Source: Vermamoeba vermiformis
Lineage: Eukaryota
Direction: 5' to 3'
Assembly: GCA_045837725.1 (NCBI GenBank)
Contig: JBEWZL010000239.1
Location: 682,001-746,000, forward strand
Length of the DNA stretch: 64,000 nucleotides
The position numbers and the translations under genes are program-made. Shown here piece after piece: positions 12,642 through 26,200 of this stretch (the stretch's first letter is position 1; each line of letters begins with the position of its first letter). A model generated the notes under the pieces. The model saw only the letters and a program-made list of their open reading frames with translations, was not told the origin of the DNA and did not search any database.

Positions 12642-13375
12642 ATGGCTCGTACTAAGCAAACAGCACGCAAATCAACTGGTGGCAAAGCTCCTAGAAAGAA
12701 AATTGCCGTAGCAGCTGCAACCAAAGCCGCTCAGCCTATGTTCGGAGGCATTAAGAAACCTCACAGATTTCGTCCTGGTAAGGCGTTTATTAATTAAAAT
12801 ACGGATAGATATATTAAGTAAATTATTTTGATCGCATAATATCGCCAAGGAAGCTTATATTTAATTAGTAATTGAATTTATTTCGAAGAAATATTTTTAG
12901 TAAATCTGCTTCTTGGCCTTCTATCGCCATTGTTGGCAATCTAACAACTCTATAAATTCGAGTAACAAATAAAGATGTAATATTGTATGCTTTAGCTAAT
13001 TAGCAGTCTTTATTAAATTCCGTTTATCACATCAGGAACCGTTGCCTTGCGAGAGATCAGAAGATATCAAAAGTCCACTGAATTATTAATCAGAAAGCGT
13101 CCCTTTGAACGTCTCGTCAAAGAAATCGCTCAAGATTACAAAACCGATCTCAGATTCCAAACTGCCGCTTTGGCCGCGATCCAAGAAGCCACTGAAGCTT
13201 ATTTGGTTGGTTTATTAGAAGACAGTAACTTGTGTGCTATTCACTCCAAGCGAACTACTATTCATCCCAAAGGTAAGTCTTTTCTGGACGGATCCAATCA
13301 TATACGAGGACAGGCAATTAATTTTTTCAACTAGATGTTCAATTGGCTCGTCGTATTCGTGGTGAACGTTCTTAA
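12642..13375 (+). CDS. H3: Histone H3, divergent intron-containing variant (exons 12642-12777, 13036-13272, 13335-13375)
   Basis: [19 protein letters not shown]...[29 protein letters not shown]...[10 protein letters not shown]; two GT-AG introns; AATAAA near 13455. Confidence 0.97.
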
Positions 13376-13617
13376 GTGCGCGTCATACTTAGATAACACA
13401 GCTCCAATCCCAGTTGTAAATACCTCGCTAGGGCACGGATGTGGTTTCAACTTAAATAAAGCGTTATTAGTTTAACGATATGCCAATAGAGTGCATTCGA
13501 ACTCAGCAAGCACGACCTCTGACACCTATTAATCATGGCAGGGTCACAGCAAGTACCTGTACGAGACTCGCCCAAAGCCAACAACAAACACGCGGTGGCT
13601 TTGAAGTATTTATTCAT

Positions 13618-16169
13618 TTACACCTCACAACGGACCACACGCTTGTAAATGTAAGCACGTGCACTGACGAGACAAAACACTTGATCGAATGCCAAGTGCA
13701 GTTCTCTCAAATCTGCACCACACTCGTGTGGGGTTGAGGCAATCAATCGACCTGTCTCCCATTGGTAAGTCTAATGTGATTAAACGGGTTAGTGCATGCA
13801 TTGATTTTAGCGTGGTATTATGCTTAAAGCTTTTTCTTACGTGGATGTGAGTCTCATCGGCAACAAACAACAAGTGGCTCGTACTGTTGAAACACATTGC
13901 TTTGATTGCACTGCCGCACTTGATCTTCGCTTGCCACTTGCGCAGCGAGACATCGAACACTGTTGCCTTGGGTCCTGACACGAGTATTGCTATGTCTGCC
14001 AGCTAAGTCAGTTCATGAACGGCGTGTCAAAGTGTCAAAACATGCTCACGAAAACTCACTCTTTTTTGGCACCCATTTGATGCGATCGATCTTTGGAATG
14101 GAATATTTGCTGCTCAAATCGTTCAAGTCGATGAATGTCGTGGTGTCAGGTGTGGTGTACACGAACCAATGTCTCGGCACATCTGCAAATGTAGTCACGT
14201 GTTCACTAAACCACGTGATTTTTTTGATTTCTTTCGTCAACTTGATCTCTTCGACGATTTTTCCGTTCATCCAAATATCAATCTAGCAAAGATTAATGGG
14301 ATGATAAATCCAACGCTCTCTATGAAATAGCGCCGTACCTGCAGCTCTTTGCATAAAATAATTTTGTCAGGGTTGTGTTGCACCGCGTAACCAGTAAAAT
14401 AAGAGCTGAAGTGCGTGACGGCACAACTGTAATGTAGTTAATACACTTTCTATCAATGAGGTTGCATACTTCTCTGAGAACTCTATGCACGTTGGAGCGT
14501 CCATTTCGTACATTTTCTTTTTGCTATTGTAGACGAGCCAGCCACAGTGCGTACATTTCTTATTCAGATCAATTATTCCGCAGTACCCAAAATTGCCAAA
14601 CTAAGGTTTATTAACGTGCTGCTACGTTTAATTAAATTATTTGTACTTACCTCTACAGCGTACTTGGAATTCAGCGAAAAGCGATAATAACTGAAGTGAT
14701 GGATTTTTATCAGTGTTCATATGCACTGCGGGGTCCCATATGACATAGTAGCGGTAAGAGTACAAGTGCGTAGTAAATCTGCCATCACCTGATAGGAGTA
14801 AGATCCAGTACACGAATGAAGTTGGTACTTACGATCTATTCCATGGGAGTCTGTATGGTACATATACACCCATAAATTATGAGGCAGCTCTACGACATCA
14901 CTCTTGTTTTTAAAATCAAGTTGTGAGAGCTCTTGTTTCCAGCTGCATCCGGATGGTCCCGACTCTCCGAAGTAACTGATTAGGCAATAATAAGATATGA
15001 TTGCAATGATTAAAATAAATCACAATTAACTCTTAATAGGTATAAATGAACCGATTGATGATGGTGATGACAGGATTAATAGTAGTAAAACGCCCAGATT
15101 TATCTTTATGGAAGCATGATGGGATGACATGCTTCAACTAGCTCACATGGATCTGTGTCAGCACTAGCAAAACACCTAGATTTATATTTATGGAAGCATG
15201 AATCATTCTCTGCATTCTCATTATCATCCCCTATATATTGTTGTGATTTATTTTAACTATTGCATTTACTGGAACATCAATAACATTCTCATTGTTATCC
15301 CCTAGAATCACACTGAGTTTATTTTAGTAATTGCACTGATAGTTGAGCTAGTATGAAGCATGTTGATTGTCCTTTTAAGGGATATTGGAGAACTGTTTCT
15401 TGCTACTACTTTTGCGCCAGTTCTGTTGATATAAAAGTTAAATCGTGCACTTTATAACAGTCCACGTACTTTAGATCTATGGCAATTATTAACAGGCCAT
15501 AAGTAACAATATGATAGCGTCCTATAATCTGCGATATTTCGCCATTCTCAATTGGCCGAGGTACATTGAACGTAAGCATAGTCGACATGCGTTGAAAGTG
15601 GCTGGTTGGAATTAGGAGTTATCAAGATCTGGATGTGGTCAACTCAACTTACGTCTTCCACTTCATAGCACTCGCCATGGTAAAAAACTATACTTTGTAT
15701 CAATATCGTACATTTCAAGTGCATTGCTACTCACCAACCGTTTCCACTTGAAGTTTGTCGTCAGATCCACCGTCGTTTCAGACAAGGCACCAAAATGCAG
15801 TTCATAGATCTGTTTCCAAATGTGTTTGGTGTCAAAGTACGTGTTCCAAGTCTTGCATACGAGTGAGACGTAAAGCACGTCTTCGAGTGAGAAGTGAGAG
15901 AACACCAGCATGGTCACTTCTGGCGGCAATATGTCCTCGAAGAAGTTCCATGATTCTATAATACAGTGAATATCTATTGGTTATACAGCGATAATTACAA
16001 GGTAAAATTTAAAAAATCAAAAAATTAATAAAAATATGATTTGTAGTTGGTCTATAATTATTGCTCGTCCATTTAAATCTTTTATAAAATATGAGATTCT
16101 ATCCAATATTTTGATCAATAATTTTCCTTATCATTAACTGTCATGCTACTAGCACTTCGTACCTTCCAT
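13618..16169 (-). CDS. F-box protein with a probable C-terminal beta-propeller-like region; multi-exon with a 7-nt first coding exon
   Basis: ATGGAAG|gt at 16169 spliced to SWNFFEDILPPEVTMLVFSHFSLEDVLYVSLVCKTWN (F-box); downstream beta-rich exons; stop at 13618 followed by AATAAA. Confidence 0.75.
14976..15409. repeat. Enlarged (about 430 nt) intron made of degenerate direct and inverted repeats
   Basis: 15081-15119 resembles 15163-15201; 15213-15264 resembles 15284-15335; 15002-15025 is inverted at 15241-15264 (22/24); 15126-15145 is inverted at about 15344-15363. Confidence 0.7.
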
Positions 16170-16442
16170 TGTGGTGCTGTATTATCTGCACAAATATAGT
16201 AGTAGTACTCTACTACTAGAATTGGTAGCGACGACTTTGTGTTCGTTCTTTCAATTTTCTGCGCACATTCGTGAGCCGCTTGAGACACGAGAGTACACAG
16301 AACAGAACCGATATCGCTAACCGGTTTGTACCAAAGCGTGAAAAATCCTTAATTCTAGCATCGTTGGTAAAATGAAGCAATTTTAATTCATTGTTGAAAA
16401 ATTTACAATTGCAAAGCGAGAACAGCTCGTGCAAATCCAGAT

Positions 16443-19400
16443 CTATTTGTTCGGATTTAGGTGTAACAATTCAATTACAAAGCCCTGGAAATCCTTGTCG
16501 ACTCTAAACTTGCTGACGAGGTCTTGCAGCTCTTTCTTGCGCGAAGCAATGGGGCCAAAGTACGCTTCTTGATTGGATCGCACGACAAAGTTGGCGTTCA
16601 TGGCGGTCTGTCTGACTAAAATAGGCAAGAGCTGTTTGTTGACCGTCATGTTGTGGAGTAAGGGCCCAAAGTGACCGATGCCTTTCTTCTTGGCAATCTG
16701 CACGCGGAACAATCCATTCGGCAGCGGATAAATGATGATCAACACTTCACCGAACTGCGACACGATAGTCGAGGTCTTGTAATCGCGGCAGTGATCGGAC
16801 CAGATCACGTGGATGTAATCATTGCCCACGTGACGTTTCTTCAAGATGAATTGCGGGTCTTTCTTGATGGTCGGCATGCGCGTGATTTGATGCACGGCCA
16901 GTTCAGTCGTGGCAGTAGCGTAGTACGGCAGTGACGTGCCAACATTGCCACTGCGATCGAGACCGCCGATGTAGCCGCGGTGCATTTTGATGTCAACGGC
17001 CGCAGCTAATGCGCGCACGACTTCGTTGTAGAGCGGTGATCCCGAGTCATTCGCGAATATTTCACGCTCGTCCTCTTGGCCCAGTGACACGTAAATCAAA
17101 CCGATCTAATGCGCACTGTTAGCTCGTGTCGGGGTGTATTACTTGAGACATACCTTGATGGCCTCGCGACCTGAAGTGTTGCGATCAAATTGGCGGAACT
17201 GACGCATGAACTTGGTGTTGTTGAACTGAATGCGATCAACGAACTGGTGATCAAAGTCAATCCAGCCCAAAGAACCAGCCAACATTCGGCCGAAGTGAAT
17301 CGAGCCGAGTGGTGGAGCAGGGGGCGGCAGTGTATAGCTCTCAGCGGGAACAAGGTCTTGCGCATGTTCAGCCGCTTGAGTGCCCACTTTGCTGTCATTC
17401 TCGGTTTGTTTGGCAATGCGCTTAGCCATTTCTTTGACTTCTAATGCGAATTGCTCTGGAGGCTTGAAGGACGATGAGATTGGCTTGGCAATGTCACGGT
17501 TGTTCGTGGCCAAACTGTGATGATATTGTTAGAGGTACTATGACAAATATGATGCTCATAACAGGACTTACTGATGCAACAACTCATCGAGACTGACAAC
17601 AGGCACCTCTGAAGTGCTCTGTTTGCGTGTCAATTTGACAGATTGACGTGCTCGCTTCTTGTCACGAGGAGTCTTGCCGCTGTTGCTGTTCCTGCGTGAA
17701 CTCTTCGGCGACTCTTTCTTGCCGTCAGAGCTTTCAGTGCGAGGCAAGTTGGTCAACGAGAGTGCAAGGTTCGGATTGGATCCACTTCTACCGACTGAAG
17801 CCAAACTGTTCACTGAATCTCGGTTCGAATGAGAGCCATCGCTCGACTCTTCTTCACCGCTGGCAGACTCATTGATTGCAGGCTTAGGTTTGCTGACGGC
17901 CAGCTTCTCTTCACTGGCACTGCGCATCAAATCACGTTCCATGATCGCAGCTACAGTCGGAGAGTGCTCAAAGCTGGACGTGCGACGCGCTGAGCCAGGT
18001 GTGTCACCACGTGGACTGGCCAGAGGAGACTCGTTGGGATTGACGGGCTGTGTCTGTGGATTGACGGTCAAGTCGTACAAAGTGGCTGCTGGCAAGAACG
18101 GTGATGGCGGAGGTGTGGTCGGCGTGTTAGCAGCGACGTGCCAGGCGTATTTGCCTGTGTACTCGCGCACAACCATTCGTGTCACGCGATCACGAGCAGC
18201 ATCAGTTTGCTCTTCTTTGCTGCGCCACACTTCGAACTGACGGAACAAGTGGACCACGGCCTCGCTCTCTTCGTCCTTCCACAATTCAATGGAAGGCTCG
18301 ACCTTTGAGCGGTAGAAACGAGTTTGGATCTGGTGCCAAGTCTTCACTGATTCATCATCCAAACTTGCCAAGTAACGTTCAAAGATCAAACAAGCACGAG
18401 GATGATTCAACATGGCTTGCAATGCTTCTTTGGAGTCTTTCTTAGCCTCCCAGTCAGTTTCTATCACCATCATAGTCAGTTACATGTGTAAAATAAGAAG
18501 GTCTCACGTACCCGTTGGAATGTCACCGAGACCAAAGATCGTGTCGTTGACAGCGTACATTGACATTTTGTTCTCGCCAAAGCCGTAGTCCTCGTGAATG
18601 TGCGAAGTGACCACATCGTAGCGCTTGTTGTTGGGGAAGTTGTAGAGGAAGTTCAAGACTAGTGCGAGCACTGCTTCAGCTGCCTCGTGCACCGGCGGAT
18701 AAGGACCTGCTTTGACTTGTTCGGTCTCGCCTTTTTCGTCATCTTTAGGCTTGTCCTGCTCGATCGATTAGCTTCAACCCATTGTTGTTAGACAAATTAC
18801 AAACCTCATCCTTGGCGTCCTTCTTCTTCGTGTCCTTTTTGTCCTTCTTGCGCTTGCTCGACTGAGCAGGGTCTTCTTCCTTTTTGTCATCAACTGCGAT
18901 TGCACCCGCGAACTCGTTGGGAGTGAGACCGCGTTCAATGGCCTGGAAGATTGTGCGCAACAACTTCTTGTCGTTGAAGAAGTTAGCAGGAGCTGAGAGC
19001 AACCAGTCACGCAGACAGAAAAAGTGCTCGGACACGGTACGTTCTGCCAATCAATATTAGTGGCTGCTCGGCTCTATCACTCGTGCTCGACGTACCTTTA
19101 TCACCCTTGCGCACATTGTCGTTGATGTTGCCGCACAATGTGGTCACGATGGGTGGAATCATCTGCTCGTCCAATTTGTGCAGCTTGTCGTACATGACCG
19201 CCAAAGTTGATAAACTGCTCAATGCGGCACTTGAGACCGTGACTTCATCGTGCAAAGTGTAATAGAGCAGAGTTTCGACCCACTCATTGACAAGGACTTT
19301 GTTGCACTCGTCACCCAAATAGACCTCTTCGAAGATCATGGCGCACAAGGCTGAGAGACAGAGCGTCAAGTGTGTCGGATTGGGATTGACCTTCAAGACC

Positions 19401-22400
19401 ATCAAGATCAATGAGGACAAGTGGAATGTAATCTCTTTGAACTTCATCGTCTTGCCAAAGCCCGTGTTCTCTTTGAATCGCTTGAGAGCTTCGGGATCAA
19501 CGGGCACTTCGAGGTCACCAAAGTGACGTGAAAATGGAATCAACGAGCCGAGGATCAAAATGCAAAGCTCTTGCACTGAGACTGGTGTCTCGTGTGGCTT
19601 CGAGCACTAGAAACAATCAGTGGTCACAATCGCAGTCAGTTAAATGTTGGACTTACAAGATTTCTGATTTCAAGGAGGTAATAAGGCACCAAGATATTAG
19701 CACCGGGAATGGCCAAACTAAAAAGTGAACTAGTGCTGCGGATAATGTCCCACGAGACCTTCGTGCCACTGCCTTGAGTCAAGCCCTATTGCATATTCAA
19801 TAAGAATTCTATCACGTGACACATGCTCGCCAAACAACTAACCTTCTTAACGATCTCATAGAAGTGCGCCAACAAATCGACAGGCACGGACTCGTCAGTG
19901 TGACGGCAGATCAATCGGCACAGCGCTGAATAAGCCACTGCTTTACCTTCGTCGAATTTTCTGACACTGATGGTTAGTTGACTGGTTCATCAAACAAAAA
20001 CGTCAAAAAGCAAACTTACTCGGACAGCTCAGAAGCCTCAAACAACCAAGGACCCAACACGTTCATTACGGAGATGTGCTGCTTTTCATTTTCAGCTGCT
20101 GGAAAATTAGTCTAAGCTTTGTCAATGTGACAACTATTTGCTTTACCTTCAGCCTTAGGCTTGTAATCAGACTGCTCGTGTGCATCAACTAAGATGTCAA
20201 TGACAGTGCGCAACAGTCTCATGGCGTCACGGTGCACGAGCGGATCCGTGATCTTATTGATAGGTCTGAAAATTTCTGTAGAGGCAAGTGTCAGTGGTTA
20301 TAACAAAGACATTGGCCCCATTGGCACTTTACCGATTAAATTGAGCCAGACCAACCGAGCCAAACTGTAACTCCAAGTAGTCGAGCTCACAGCGCCGTCA
20401 CTGCAAGAGTGTTAACTAGTGTTCGCGTGTCTTTAACTGCTGTCACTTACTTGGGCACTGGCTTCAACTCGCGGAAGTCAGGGGTCTTAGGGAAAGCTAA
20501 TCTTCGCTTGGCATTAGCTCCTCTAAATGCCGTGTTAAAATAACGATTATATGGAACACTTGTCCTAACTTACGCGTTACGCTCTTCAGTTCGCTTGACG
20601 CGTTCAAAAGTGTACATAAAATCTTTCAGCACGACTGTCAAAGGCAGAATTTTGAGTTGAAGTTGCGCCACAGTGTCTTTCTTGCTCAAAAATGTTCCAA
20701 TCGTCTTCTGCAATAATTGCCATAACTCGATGTTGGTCGTGCGAGACTTGATCCACAAAGATAACATCGTCTAAGAGAAATTAGACATTAATTCATATTA
20801 TCAATATCATTACGTACATCAATAAATATCGGCAACAAATTCTTTTCATATTCGGGATGTGCACCGACAAGACATTTCGTGGTCAATTGTGCAAGTGTGG
20901 TTAAAATGACCTCGCTAATAAAATCACATTAATAAATTAAATCAAAAGGAAGATTATTTTAATACGCACGTCAAGTCCTCGTCAAAATGACCTTCGAATG
21001 ATTTAATGACGCGATAGATATGAAGCACCGACATGGAAAAGTCTGCATTGGCTGTGGCCTCGCCGTGCACGGAGAAAGGTAGTTTTTGGAAGAAAAACTG
21101 TGCTTCGTTAGAGCAATACGCCAATTAATATGACTTACGTTTCTATATTTGTGCAAATTTTCCGGGGTAATTTTCTTGGGCGGATCCAGCTGATTTTTTT
21201 TGGTAAGTACTCTAGATAATTAACTTTGGCCGAATGTACTTACCACAAGAACCTTATGATACAAGTTGATGTATTTAATAACCGTGTCGCGATAAGCGAA
21301 CGGCATTTGCGTGCTTTGTCTGAAAATTTCCAACAACAAGCGACTGTTTTGCTCGTTGCCCCACAGCTTGCCAACAGCGGCATCAGACTGCATCCACAAC
21401 TCGAGACGTGTGAACAGGGCTACCATAATATCGTGCGGACAGTTATTGAATCCGAGCTCTACGAACAACATATAAGTATCAAAAAGTATGAGGTAGACAT
21501 TAATATCTTCGACATACTTTCTTCTTTGTCAAGCAATCCGATGTCTTTGCAAATATTCGGGAAGAATATCGTCAAGAAATACGTGCGGAGAATTTTAAAC
21601 CACAGTTCAAAGTTGTTCAAGTGTCGTGAAATAAATTCCAAAAAGAAGCTGAACATCTCAAAGGTCTCTTCTTTCGAGCCACGAGTAGCACCGTTCAATC
21701 GCGGCAAAAAGCACGTTCGATCACCTCCTAAAAGATCGATTAGTAAACTATTACTATGATCACATATCAACCGGCATATCTTAATTGACACGTGTCAAAC
21801 CCAATAAATTTAAACGCGGATGGAAAACCATGTTATGATTGGTGTGATCACAATGAATATAATATTATGGCAGTGAATTTACGATGAGATGCATAGTATA
21901 AAAATAAAATCAATTGAATTTCTAAAAATGGAGTGTCGGCAGTCGGAGAATTGGCCAATCGAATGCAGAATAACTCGCATTGTAACGTACCAATCAAAGG
22001 CTCGTGTTTCAATGGCACGGCAACACCTTCCTCCGCCAGTGTTTGAAAATCAAATGACGCAGGTAACAAGCGTAAAAACTCTTCTTCGGGCTCGCCAAGT
22101 GCATCGTAAAATTGGAGCAATAATTCAAATGCTTTGAATCGCGTCGAGTGCTTATTTGAAAACACTAACAGCTTCTCGAGGAAATTTGCTAGAGAAAAAA
22201 ATGTCAAATCGTTGTCCGAGGGATCCCATCAAAAATCATATCTTGTCTCCTCAATGTTGACAAGAGAATCTCTTTTACGATCGAAATTCTTTTATAGACG
22301 ATTTTTCATTAGCTAGTTGTTGCGGAGTTCAATTAATCAATTAGTTTACCGGATTAGGCAGTAAAAATCAATTCAAGTTGGTTTTTTATAAATAAAACTC

Positions 22401-23033
22401 TATTACTCTTACCTGTATTGCGCACTTGCCATCGTTGTTTAACCAAGCCCGATAATATTGAAAGCATTTTACTTAAAAGCGTTTGAAGGGATGCCAGTTG
22501 CTGATCATTATATTTGGCTATAAATATGGAGTGTTATTTGATTATATTGTATTCAGTACATATACACGGGCTTCTACATACCCTTTTTTGCCTGGGCTTC
22601 GTACAAGTTGAACGTCTCTAAAAACACATCATACACTTCGTGCGAGTGCTCCGTAAAAACCGATGATAGTTCTTGGTCACTACATTTTTCTGTAATAAAA
22701 TTAATTATATTTCGACTCAAAGCATAATGCAAAATTGCAAAAATCAAATAGCTCCGAAATAAAAATTATTAAATAGATCTCAGCATACAAAACAGTAATT
22801 TCTGAGAAAATCTAATCAATATAGCTTTAAAGCAACGCCATAATTAACTTTTGGGGAAATTATACAATTTAAAAATCGGATTTACGGAGCTAAAAATAAA
22901 CCAGCAGCGTTAACATACCAACAATATCAAACAAATATTTGAACCTATTCGGTAATGATAATTCTAAATCTAGAAACTTTTTTAGTTTCTTCTCTTGCTT
23001 CTTTTCAAGCTTTCCCTCCGTTTTATCGCCCAT
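16443..23033 (-). CDS. RALGAPA: Ral GTPase-activating protein alpha-subunit-like (Rap/Ran-GAP domain), many exons
   Basis: C-terminal GAP domain IYVSLGQED...HRGYIGGLD...KKRHVGNDYIHVIWSDH...FGPL with the Asn-thumb retained; long helical N-terminus starting MGDKTEGKLEKKQEKKLKKFLD. Confidence 0.85.
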
Positions 23034-23272
23034 GATCCAAGACTTGAAACGGATGTGAAATCACCCAAATACAATAGGTCTATTGGGTGGCTTGTTACTA
23101 TTTAAATAATCTAAAGAAAGTGAGATTCTTGTGTTCAACGCAGTGAAAAAGATGTGACACGTGCTATCTAAATTTGTGATCATGATAGAAAATTCATTCA
23201 TGTGACATTATTCGAGCTTTATTTACAATGAGGTGGTGTTAAGGGCTATTAATACCCTTATTTACGTCATAT

Positions 23273-26200
23273 TCACTTGATTTGCGCATTGTCGTTGACC
23301 GATAACGAAACCTAGAAAGCATTAGTTAGGCTTCTATATTCAAAATTATAGTATAGTATTACGCACCTGGAACAAATTCTGATATAATTTCGACAAATAT
23401 AGCAACAGCCGTTCAACTTCTTCTTTGTTCTTGAGAACAAACTTGAAAGGCATGCCCGATCCGCTCTTGCCCTCAGTCTCGATATTAATATTGAAATAGT
23501 AGTAGTTGTCATCTTTTTTCCAGTCCTATAACAAAATTATAATAATAAGAATCATGCAAAAATACTTCAATTTTCATCGGATGCGTACCACGCTAGTTAT
23601 ATCGCTCACGGCCTCACGAGCTACTAAAGTGAATTGATTCTCCTTCGGGATTTGTTTGCGGCCATCAGGGTTATCTAACAATGGCCACTTGCCGTACTCT
23701 TCATCAAAAAGTAGCAGATCCTCACTCGTCAAAACTAGCGTGCGCGGGTAGATGGTGCCAACTATTGAAGTTTGATTAGCATATTCTCGATGCAATAACA
23801 CTAGTGTTGGCTTTAGTTACCTGCAGGTGGCAAGTTAAATTGCTTGTACGAATATCCACCGCGAGCTCTGTGGAACAAAGAGCTGTACATTTCAATGATT
23901 GGGCCGTTCAGTGTCGACTGTTTCTCGGGACTACCAGTGCCGTCTTTGGGAACAAAGGTATCCAAGAGATTTCGCATTGTATCGCGATTACGATTGACGA
24001 CCTCGAGTTTAGTTGGCAACTTGAGTGCTGCGTGTTCAGCAGTCAATTTATCAATAAACTCGTGCGTCTTGCAGTGAGAGCGTGTCATCACTACATAGAC
24101 CTTGCCTTTATCAGCTTCAATTCTAAATGGCTTTTAGTATCACGAGAGCGCACTTATTGTATTGTTGAAGTCTTACCTGAACCATTGGAAGAACATGCCG
24201 TAAGTGATTCTACGGATCTCAGCCAGCTTGCACTCGGCAACCAAGTTGTATTCTAAAACTAATTAGATAACTGTACCTCCCTATAAGTATACACGACATA
24301 CCAGGCTGACTATCGGACTTGAAGACATCTAACAGACCAGTCTTTCTTTGCACGATGTAGATGCCCAAAGACGACAAAATGACCGCCACAGCACTAAATG
24401 AAATGTCAATGCAATGCCAAATAGAATGGTATTCGACGTACATTTCTTGTTTGATTGCAGAGTTAAATGGCAAGTACGTGGTTTTGAACGCATAAACAAA
24501 ATTCTCATCGCTCTCTTTGAAGAAGTTCAAGCGGAAGTACAGCTGTTGATTTTGATCATTCAACGAGTTCTCTTCCATTGACATATAATTCTCTTCATCA
24601 GGTATGGCTACGTAACATTAGCCAGTGTGTTCGACTAAACGTAACGAAGTACTTACGGCTGTCCTTGAAACTGCTGCTGAAGGAAGTACCTGCCAAGCTC
24701 ATCGAGTTGCGCTTTTTCTTATCCCTATGACGAGTCATTAATAACATTGCGTGAACGATTAATAACTCTTCTTACTCTTGCTTTTGATCTTCTTCTTTCT
24801 TGTCATAAGCCACGATGAACGTCGAACCACATTTAGGACACTTGTCCACTTTGGAGGCAATGTCAAATGTCATCTCGCAGCCCATGCAGCGCAATTTTTT
24901 CTGCAATCGTATTAGTCTCGCGTGTACATTAGGACTATATCTTACCTGGCCAATGCCGAGCTGTTCTGTAAGAACGTTTAACAACTTGGCCGCCTCGGTT
25001 TGATTCTCCATGCGGTATTGATGGCTGTCAATTTCACCGCCAGATTGGAAGTCAAGTTTAACAATTGGGTGCTCCTCTAAAAGACGATAAGAATTCACTA
25101 ACTATAAAAGACTGACGGCGCGTACCTCCTTTGGGTGTAATTTCCATCACGTTGACGATGTTCTTAATGTGAAGCTTCAACACATCACCGCCGGTATTTG
25201 TATCACCTTCGGAGATGAACTTGTTGGTGACAATGAGAATTCGATCCTCCCATCCTCTCTCGCTTTTTGTCTCGACGAGGAAGTCTTCGTGGATACTACA
25301 TGTCAATTAGTAATGGAGAGGCAAGGTACATGACACTCACGTGATTTGATCCAGGTCCAAATCATTTCCACTGTCAACACGAGGGATTGGCTTCTCGTTG
25401 TTATTATTGATATTGTTACTGCCGTTTTCCTTGTCAACTTGAAGTTGTGCACTCAATAATGACTTGGGCTCAATCAATGTGATTGGCGGTATTGAACCCA
25501 TAGAGTCTATGGGCGATGGGATAGAGTTATCGCTGTTCTCTGAACCCGTTTCCATCGAGTCACCATTGCTAGATGCGAAAGACAACTTGCGTGCTACATC
25601 GGGCTTGTCAACTTCAAGGGCAGGATTTGGCACCAGTGACGGTTGAGGAGCAAAGTCACGAAGGTCGGGTGAAGTTGCAGCGGGGCTAACAGCCTCAGCA
25701 ACTAGGCTACTGCTAACCGTTTGTCGATCATCAAAACTGCCGGGCATCGATGCGTTGGTGTCTCGACGGATTGGCACGGGCAATTGCTTTTGATGCACGA
25801 TTGCTATTGCCGGCACAATCATGCGAGGCTTCTTCTTAATCGGCGAAGGATCAAGACTGCGTTGGTTCTTAGGCACATCCAAACCCTCAGCATTGTCCGT
25901 ACTCTTGTTGAGACTAGTCTCTTTGTAAGACGATGACGGTTTCAACTGCTCGTCAAAAGCCTTGAATGCACTTGCAGGCAGTGAGCTGAAGGTGCCTGCA
26001 GAGTTGCCAATGCGGTCGTAGTTCTCGCTGAAACTGCCCATTGTGGACCGTGGAGACGATAAAGAAGAGTTGCTGCAAGCCGTTAGCTTCGTTAGAGTAA
26101 TAGTTTCGAACACTAACCTGCTATTATCATCCTTCGGGAAGAACGAGTCAGAACTTGGTTGATAACTTGCAGAAATAACGGTGTCGTCATCTTTTGACTT

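Noticed and set aside
12642-13375. CENP-A/CenH3 assignment
   Set aside because: The first 18 residues are canonical H3 and the fold has no loop-1 insertion
13376-13460. Histone 3' stem-loop
   Set aside because: No GGYYYTTYHNRRRCC-type hairpin; AATAAA is present instead
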